A stretch of 32,000 bases of DNA from Xylanibacter ruminicola 23 (GTDB lineage: Bacteria; Bacteroidota; Bacteroidia; Bacteroidales; Bacteroidaceae): positions 1,980,001-2,012,000 of the forward strand of contig NC_014033.1 of assembly GCF_000025925.1 (NCBI RefSeq). The letters run 5' to 3'. The translations under genes and the position numbers were made by a program. The notes beneath the pieces are model-generated. The model saw only the letters and a list, made by a program, of their open reading frames with translations, had not been told where the DNA came from and did no database searches. The stretch's first letter is position 1, and each line of letters opens with the position of its first letter. Shown here in pieces: positions 26,427 to 32,000 of the stretch.

Positions 26427-27695
26427 TTATTCCCATCCTAAGGTGCGGAGGTAGAGGGTACGGATCCATGCGCCCACCTTCTCCCATGTAATCTGGTCAA
26501 CCTCCTTCTTACCCTCATCCTTCAGGTAGTTAAAGAGCGACTCGTTATGACAGATGGAGTAGATGGCATCGGCCAGCGCGTGGATGTCCCAGTAGTCGAC
26601 CTTGATACAGTTATCAAGAATCTCGGCACAGCCACTCTGCTTTGAGATGATGCTTGGGGTTCCGCACTGCATGGCCTCCAAGGGCGAGATACCGAATGGT
26701 TCGCTCACCGAAGGCATGACGTACACATCAGAGTTCTTCAGGCACTCGTACACCTGCTTGCCACGCATAAAGCCAGGGAAGTGGAATCTGTCGGCAATGC
26801 CACGCTCGGCAGCCAGATGGATCATAGCGTCCATCATATCGCCTGAGCCAGCCATACAGAAACGCACGTTGCGGGTACGATGCAGCACCATGGTAGCGGC
26901 CTCTACAAAGTACTCAGGTCCCTTCTGCATGGTGATACGACCTAAGAAGGTAACCACCTTTTCCTTGCCAGTATGGTCAGGACGTGGAATATCCTGATAC
27001 TCCTGTGGCAATGGGTACACAGCATTATGAACGGTAAAGCACTTGCGTGGGTCCTGATGATACTGGTTGATAACCGTCTGACGGGTTAATTCGGATACAC
27101 ACATGATACAATCGGCCCAGTCCATACCATTCTTCTCGATGCTGTAAACGGTAGGATTAACCTTACCACGCGAGCGATCGAAGTCGGTAGCATGAACATG
27201 GATACACAGAGGTTTGCCACTTACCTGCTTGGCATGGATACCAGCGGGGAAGGTGAGCCAGTCGTGAGCGTGGATAATATCAAACTCCTCCGTGCGGGCC
27301 ACCTGTCCGGCAATGATCGAGTAGTTATTAATCTCCTCGTGCAGGTTGCCAGGATAACCACCGGCAAACTCCATCGCACCAAGGTCGTTCACGTTCATAT
27401 AGTTAAAGTCGGCGTAGATATGCTCGCGCAACTTAAAATAGTAATCGGGATCCATGATATTGCCCACGCGCTGCTTCACGTAGTCGTAATCTACATCGCG
27501 CCACGCAATGGGCACAGCATTCATGGCAACGATACGGCAGGCATGCTGACTCTCATCGCCAAAGGGGTGAGGCAAGCACAGTACCGTCTCGATATCGCCC
27601 TGAGCCTTCAGGCCTTCAGAGATACCATAGTTAGCGGTGGCCAATCCACCGAATACGTGAGGAGGATACTCCCATCCAAACATTAATACCTTCAT
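26427..27695 (-). CDS. Glycosyltransferase (GT4/GT5-like), probably a glycogen synthase
   Basis: N-terminus MKVLMFGWEYPPHVFGGLATA is typical of GT-B glycogen/starch synthase-like enzymes. A C-terminal motif reads PSVSEPFGISPLEAM. The gene sits between debranching enzyme and GH57 genes. Confidence 0.8.
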   Translation of the reverse strand: MKVLMFGWEYPPHVFGGLATANYGISEGLKAQGDIETVLCLPHPFGDESQHACRIVAMNAVPIAWRDVDYDYVKQRVGNIMDPDYYFKLREHIYADFNYMNVNDLGAMEFAGGYPGNLHEEINNYSIIAGQVARTEEFDIIHAHDWLTFPAGIHAKQVSGKPLCIHVHATDFDRSRGKVNPTVYSIEKNGMDWADCIMCVSELTRQTVINQYHQDPRKCFTVHNAVYPLPQEYQDIPRPDHTGKEKVVTFLGRITMQKGPEYFVEAATMVLHRTRNVRFCMAGSGDMMDAMIHLAAERGIADRFHFPGFMRGKQVYECLKNSDVYVMPSVSEPFGISPLEAMQCGTPSIISKQSGCAEILDNCIKVDYWDIHALADAIYSICHNESLFNYLKDEGKKEVDQITWEKVGAWIRTLYLRTLGWE

Positions 27696-27707
27696 AGCAG
27701 TTCCTCC

Positions 27708-29657
27708 TTACTTTTGATATGAATACTTTTCCATCAACTTGAGCGTGCGCAGAATCTCGGCCACGTTCATAGCAAACGACATGGCACCACGACCATGGAA
27801 TGGCGGGTTACCGTCGAAAAGTTCAGAGATGGTACCAATGGCATGATAGTCCATTTCGTCTTCATAGCCCACCATCTGTCGCTCCACAAAGCTCAGGCGT
27901 GAGCGCTTGTACAGCTTCAGACAGGCCTCCATATAGAAACCACCCAGCCAAGGCCATGCGGTACCCTGATGGTAAGCATAGTCGCGCTGGGTCTGCGGAC
28001 CCACATAGATAGGATTATAACCACCACTCTTTGGTGAGAGCGAACGCAATCCCTTTGGTGTCAGCAGCTCGCGGGTACAGATATCCACCACGCTCTTCAT
28101 CTGCTGCTGGTTCAGTGGCGAGTAGTCGAGGGCTACAGCGAAAATCATATTCGGACGTACGCTCCAGTCCATCATCGTGCCATCCACATAGTCCAGCAGA
28201 TAGCCGTACTCGTTTACAAAGGTTTCTACGAACGAATCCTTCACCTTGGCAGCCAGTGCTTCAACCTTCTCGGCACCCTTTGCATCACCCTTCTCGCTAG
28301 CCATCAGGGCGCAGAATTTCAGGGCGTTATACCACAGGGCGTTAAACTCTACAATGTAGCCTGAACGTGGCACCACGGGCTTACCGTTGGCAGTAGAGTT
28401 CATCCACGTTACAGCCTTATCCTTTCCGTTCGAGTAGAGCAAGCCGTTGTCATCCAGTCGCAAGTTAGGATGCTTACCGTCCAGAATGTACTTGATAATC
28501 TGGTGCAACAGTTTACCATACATTTCGAAGCACTTGTCGCGCCCCACCTCCTTGGCGTACTGCTGCATGGCCCATACCGCCCACAGTGGCACATCGGGTT
28601 GCTCCATCTCGTATATCTTACCACTCAGTGGTTTCTCCTCCATAAAGGCTCGCAGGTCGCGCTCGGCCGTCATCATCACCTTCTCAAAATAGTCAATCTC
28701 GCCGATAGCGAGGGTGAGTCCTGGCAGAGCGATAAATGTATCGCGGGCACGGCACTTAAACCAGGGATAACCAGCCAGCAGATAGCGGTCGTGGTTCTTC
28801 TCCTTGCGGTGGAACTGGTGTGCAGCTGTTACCAAGCAGTGGTAGAAGTTATCGCGAGGCACACGATCGTTCACCTCGTCGTCGAACAGTTTCTTCATAG
28901 CCGTTGGCTTGATAGCCGAGGTAGAGGCTGCAAAGATAATGCTCTCACCCTTCTTGATAGGCAGCTCGAAATAACCAGGCACGTAAAGGTCCTCGTTCGA
29001 AGCGTAGCCACGCTCCTGCTCCTTCGGATACTCTATGCCACGATACCAGTCGGGCTGGAAGATAAACTCGTTTTTCTTCGAGAACTGCATGTACAGGTCG
29101 GGATAGCCGGCATACATACAGGTCTTAATTCCATTTTCAACTTCGCTGTACTCTCTGCTGGCAGTAGCGTTCTCGTGTGTAAACTGTCGCACGCTGCGGA
29201 AAGCAAGGAATGGACGGAAACGTAGTGTAGTAGCTGAGTGTGCATCCACCAAAGTGTAACGAATTAAGATGCGATCCTCATAGTGTTGGAAGATAACTTC
29301 CTTTTGCAAAATTACTCCGCCAACGCGATAGGTAGTAGTAGGTACCTTTGTAGCGTCGAACTCGCGGATGTATTTGTGTCCATTAGGACTAAAATTGTTG
29401 CCCTGATACTTGTGCAGGCCGAGGTTAAACTCGGCGCCATGCTGGATAACCGTGCAGTCGAGCGACGAAAGCAACACGTGGTTTTCGTCATCCAACTCAG
29501 GCACGGGCACTACCAGCAATCCGTGGTACTTTCGCGTATTACAGTCCACCAGTGTAGAGCTGCTATAGGCGCCCGAACGATTGGTTCGGAGGAACTCACG
29601 GACCAGACTTTCCTGCAGGTTAGTCATCACGGCCTTTTCTAAACGTAGGTAGCTCAT
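27708..29657 (-). CDS. Glycogen debranching enzyme (amylo-alpha-1,6-glucosidase family with an N-terminal GDE domain)
   Basis: 649 aa. The N-terminus EFLRTNRSGAYSSSTLVDCNTRKYHGLLV is typical of bacterial/archaeal GDE. The C-terminal (alpha/alpha)6-type region contains YHQGTAWPWLGGFY. Confidence 0.85.
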   Translation of the reverse strand: MSYLRLEKAVMTNLQESLVREFLRTNRSGAYSSSTLVDCNTRKYHGLLVVPVPELDDENHVLLSSLDCTVIQHGAEFNLGLHKYQGNNFSPNGHKYIREFDATKVPTTTYRVGGVILQKEVIFQHYEDRILIRYTLVDAHSATTLRFRPFLAFRSVRQFTHENATASREYSEVENGIKTCMYAGYPDLYMQFSKKNEFIFQPDWYRGIEYPKEQERGYASNEDLYVPGYFELPIKKGESIIFAASTSAIKPTAMKKLFDDEVNDRVPRDNFYHCLVTAAHQFHRKEKNHDRYLLAGYPWFKCRARDTFIALPGLTLAIGEIDYFEKVMMTAERDLRAFMEEKPLSGKIYEMEQPDVPLWAVWAMQQYAKEVGRDKCFEMYGKLLHQIIKYILDGKHPNLRLDDNGLLYSNGKDKAVTWMNSTANGKPVVPRSGYIVEFNALWYNALKFCALMASEKGDAKGAEKVEALAAKVKDSFVETFVNEYGYLLDYVDGTMMDWSVRPNMIFAVALDYSPLNQQQMKSVVDICTRELLTPKGLRSLSPKSGGYNPIYVGPQTQRDYAYHQGTAWPWLGGFYMEACLKLYKRSRLSFVERQMVGYEDEMDYHAIGTISELFDGNPPFHGRGAMSFAMNVAEILRTLKLMEKYSYQK

Positions 29658-29705
29658 AGTTCCTGTCTAAAGGTATTTATTAGTGAATATTCAAGTTTGA
29701 TTTTC

Positions 29706-29736
29706 CAAAGGTAGGCATTTTTATGCAGAGTTCAAA
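29706..29736 (-). promoter_or_regulatory. Bacteroidota-type promoter for the glycogen gene cluster
   Basis: On the minus strand, TTTG (+ CAAA 29733-29736) is followed by a 19-nt spacer and TACCTTTG (+ CAAAGGTA 29706-29713). It lies about 48 nt upstream of the debranching enzyme ATG (29657). Confidence 0.6.
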
Positions 29737-29771
29737 GAAATCAAAATGATATTTAACATTTATTTATGTTT

Positions 29772-29802
29772 AAAGAAAAAAGGTGCACAATCGTTGCGCA
29801 CC
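29772..29802 (-). terminator. Intrinsic terminator downstream of the lipid kinase gene
   Basis: The minus strand reads GGTGCGCA-ACGAT-TGTGCACC (8-bp stem with one G-U pair) followed by TTTTTTCTTT. It starts 7 nt after the stop codon (29810-29812). Confidence 0.75.
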
Positions 29803-29809
29803 CTTATTC

Positions 29810-30745
29810 TTATTCTGGTATCAAGAAATTTACAACTTCTTGTTCAACCGTGATCCTGTACGAACCCACAGGCGTTTTCATCATGCGCCCATCAATGCCC
29901 ACGATGGCTTTCTTGGCGTACTCCACCTCAATCTCCTTGGTGCGGTAGGGGTGTACGCTACGATGGTTCAGGAATCGGCCTGCCACCAACAGCCACAAAC
30001 CCTCAATCAGCTGCACCACCTCGGGGTGGTAAACCATGCTCACATCCAGCATGCCGTTATAGGGCACTGCATTAGGTGTTTGACCGTAGCCAGGACCCGA
30101 TCCTATGCACACCGTCATCACCTTGCGCTCTATCACCTCGCTGTTAATCTTCAGCTTCATCTTATACTCCATACGATGGAACAGCATCACAAACAAACTT
30201 ACCAGGAACGATAAGGTTTGCGATCCGAACAAACGACGTGTCTGCCGACGCAGATTCATGATGTCGGCAGTAAGTCCGATGTTAATACAATTCAAGAAAT
30301 AACGGTGACATTTGTCGCCTTTCTTGTTGGTATAGCGAATGCAGCCCAGGTCGATCTTGCGCACACGACGCTTAATCAGCCAATCGATGGTTTGCTCTAT
30401 CTTATCATCGTCGAAATCCCAGAACTTGGCAAAGTCGTTCAGCACGCCATTGGGTATCACGCCCAAAGCAATCTCGTCGCGTACGGATTTCTCTTCCATC
30501 ATCAGACAGTTCACGGCATCGTTCAGGGCCGAGTCGCCACCCACGATTACAATGGTTTTGTAGCCGTTCTGTATCATCATTTTCACTAATCGTTCCACGC
30601 TGTCGGCTGTCTCGCTCTGTACAAAGTCGTACTGCACCTGACGCTCGTCCAGCACCTTCTGTATCTTCTCCCAACGCTTATGCGAGTTAAAGACACCTGT
30701 TTTGGGGCAATAAAGTATAGCCCATCTTGTAGTTTCTACTGCCAT
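29810..30745 (-). CDS. Diacylglycerol kinase-family lipid kinase (YegS/BmrU-like)
   Basis: DAGK catalytic-domain pattern (KTIVIVGGDSALNDAVNCL, LGVIPNGVLNDFA), 311 aa. Confidence 0.8.
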   Translation of the reverse strand: MAVETTRWAILYCPKTGVFNSHKRWEKIQKVLDERQVQYDFVQSETADSVERLVKMMIQNGYKTIVIVGGDSALNDAVNCLMMEEKSVRDEIALGVIPNGVLNDFAKFWDFDDDKIEQTIDWLIKRRVRKIDLGCIRYTNKKGDKCHRYFLNCINIGLTADIMNLRRQTRRLFGSQTLSFLVSLFVMLFHRMEYKMKLKINSEVIERKVMTVCIGSGPGYGQTPNAVPYNGMLDVSMVYHPEVVQLIEGLWLLVAGRFLNHRSVHPYRTKEIEVEYAKKAIVGIDGRMMKTPVGSYRITVEQEVVNFLIPE

Positions 30746-30753
30746 CGGAATAT

Positions 30754-30809
30754 ATTAAACATTAAATATTAAACATTAAACATTAAACATTAAACATTAA
30801 ACATTAAGC
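30754..30809 (+). repeat. Tandem heptamer array (ATTAAAC)n, 8 units, in the miaA-to-lipid kinase spacer and running into the miaA 3' end
   Basis: Read directly on the + strand: ATTAAAC, ATTAAAT, ATTAAAC x5, ATTAAGC. On the coding (-) strand the unit is TGTTTAA. The miaA stop (30797-30799) and its last codons (L-N-V) lie inside the array. Confidence 0.92.
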
Positions 30810-31708
30810 TTTAGGATTTCTTCTATTTTCTGATCCATGGGGAGGGTGGCATCAATCCAGTGGATGGTAAAGCCACGACGCTCCATGCCGCGGAACCACG
30901 TCATCTGTCGCTTGGCAAACTGATGAATGGCTATCTCGAGCTTGCTGAACATCTCATCGTATGTGAGCTGTCCTATAATATATTCTGTCAAGAATTTATA
31001 CTCCAATCCGTAGTAAATCAAATCCTCGGGTGCAATGCCTTCGTCGAGCAAACGGCGCACTTCGTCGACCATTCCATTTTCCAAACGGGCCTTCAATCGG
31101 CGGGTAATCTTTTCACGGCGCAACTCTCTGTCGATATCGATACCGATGATGAGCGAATCCACAGGTGGCAGCTCTCTACGGGGCACTGGGTTCTCGAGAT
31201 TATACGTCTCAATCTCGATGGCACGGATGGCACGCTGACACGAATCCACATCTGTCTTGTTATGCATGTTCGAGCCCGTTCTGGCCTTCAGCTCCTGCAG
31301 CATCTGTGTAAGCTCAGGCAGCGTTTTGCCCTCCAGACTGTCGCGCAGCGCCTGGTTCTGGGGCACAGGCGATAGTTTGTAGCCCTTCAGCACAGCCTCG
31401 ATATAAAGGCCCGTGCCACCACACAGCACGGGCGTTTTGCCCCTACCCTGTATGTCCTGGTAGGCATCGTAAAAGTCCTGTTGGTATTGAAACAAATTGT
31501 ATTTGGTACCTGGTTCGCATATATCGATGAGGTGGTAAGGCACCTCGCCGTAGTCGGCGAGGTCCTTACCAGTACCGATATCCATGCGACGATATACCTG
31601 GCGCGAATCGGCCGAGATAATCTCACCCCCGATCTTGGCTGCCAGGTGGGCCGCCACGGGTGTTTTACCCGAGGCGGTTGGTCCCAATATCGTTATCATT
31701 CTATTCAT
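30797..31708 (-). CDS. miaA: tRNA dimethylallyltransferase
   Basis: P-loop ITILGPTASGKT plus ISADSRQVYRRMDIGT. I prefer the ATG at 31708 (MNRMITIL..). The ORF track's start at 31714 is a GTG two codons upstream, and the choice between them is uncertain. Confidence 0.88.
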   Translation of the reverse strand: MNRMITILGPTASGKTPVAAHLAAKIGGEIISADSRQVYRRMDIGTGKDLADYGEVPYHLIDICEPGTKYNLFQYQQDFYDAYQDIQGRGKTPVLCGGTGLYIEAVLKGYKLSPVPQNQALRDSLEGKTLPELTQMLQELKARTGSNMHNKTDVDSCQRAIRAIEIETYNLENPVPRRELPPVDSLIIGIDIDRELRREKITRRLKARLENGMVDEVRRLLDEGIAPEDLIYYGLEYKFLTEYIIGQLTYDEMFSKLEIAIHQFAKRQMTWFRGMERRGFTIHWIDATLPMDQKIEEILKLNV

Positions 31709-31718
31709 TAGCACATTA

Positions 31719-32000
31719 TTATATATTCGATTTAGAAGCGAAGCCGGCCTTCAGATCATCGGCTGTCAACTCCGTCAGCTGTTCCTTGTTCAGGTTGCTC
31801 ATACCGCCCAAACGGTTGGCCTGGGCCTGTATGCTCTTCTCAAACACGTTGCGAGCATAACGGGCATTACCAAAGTTGCGGTCCTTATGGGCCACAGCAT
31901 ACTCAAAGCGTTCCTTCAGATACTGCTCAGCATCGGCCGAGAGGGTGTACTGGTTCTTCTTCATGTACATCTTGAATATCTGAGCCAGCTCGCCACCCGT
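31719..32000 (-). CDS. AAA+ ATPase (CbbX/SpoVK-like), C-terminal part only; the gene continues past the window end
   Basis: The frame stays open to the window edge (..TGGELAQIFKMYMKK..), so the ATG at 31970 is internal. The motif NFGNARYARNVFE is typical of the C-terminal lid of CbbX/SpoVK-type AAA proteins. Confidence 0.6.
   Translation of the reverse strand, partial: TGGELAQIFKMYMKKNQYTLSADAEQYLKERFEYAVAHKDRNFGNARYARNVFEKSIQAQANRLGGMSNLNKEQLTELTADDLKAGFASKSNI

Noticed and set aside
28470-29225. 251-aa + strand ORF inside the debranching enzyme gene
   Set aside because: It is antisense to a full-length GDE-family frame and has no independent start context or motif.
30754-30809. Heptamer arrays as a CRISPR array or other known repeat class
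   Set aside because: The units are 7 nt with no spacers, there are no cas genes, and each array is at most 56 nt. They are microsatellite-like tandem repeats, not CRISPR. I kept them as a finding for their placement, not as CRISPR.
1-32000. Mobile element, prophage or genomic island content
   Set aside because: No integrase, transposase, recombinase or phage-like ORFs are present. There are no long terminal repeats, and by eye no block of atypical composition beyond the short AT-rich promoter regions.

Overview
This window looks like a gene-dense chromosomal segment from a Bacteroidota (Prevotella/Bacteroides-like) genome. The evidence is several TTTG / TAnnTTTG promoter boxes, lipoprotein signal peptides, no visible Shine-Dalgarno sequences, and the gene content. 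I call 24 protein-coding genes and find no rRNA, tRNA, CRISPR array, transposase or integrase.

Gene order:
- + strand: an AAE-family transporter (5' truncated), then three subunits of a Na+-pumping biotin decarboxylase (an OadG-like subunit fused to a lamin-tail domain, a biotin carrier, and the beta pump). An atypical LuxR regulator is translationally coupled to these. Next come uxaB, uvrA, an unknown outer-membrane-like protein, and an AddA/AddB-like helicase-nuclease pair.
- - strand: an MFS transporter.
- + strand: a DUF3298-like lipoprotein, rsmG and an MBL hydrolase.
- - strand: a SulP transporter.
- + strand: an Ala/Lys-rich lipoprotein.
- - strand: xth, a Cache-only membrane sensor, a glycogen cluster (debranching enzyme, glycosyltransferase, GH57), a lipid kinase, miaA and a truncated AAA+ ATPase.

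Most of this is ordinary core genome, and I see no obvious defence island. The least expected signal is a family of tandem 7-nt repeats (TTAAACA/TTAAAGA). They fill three short spacers between same-strand genes, starting at or just before the upstream gene's stop codon; two of the three reach the downstream start codon. Secondary oddities are listed separately in the findings: unusual domain fusions, a sensor with no output domain, and a GH57 enzyme with a histone-H1-like tail.
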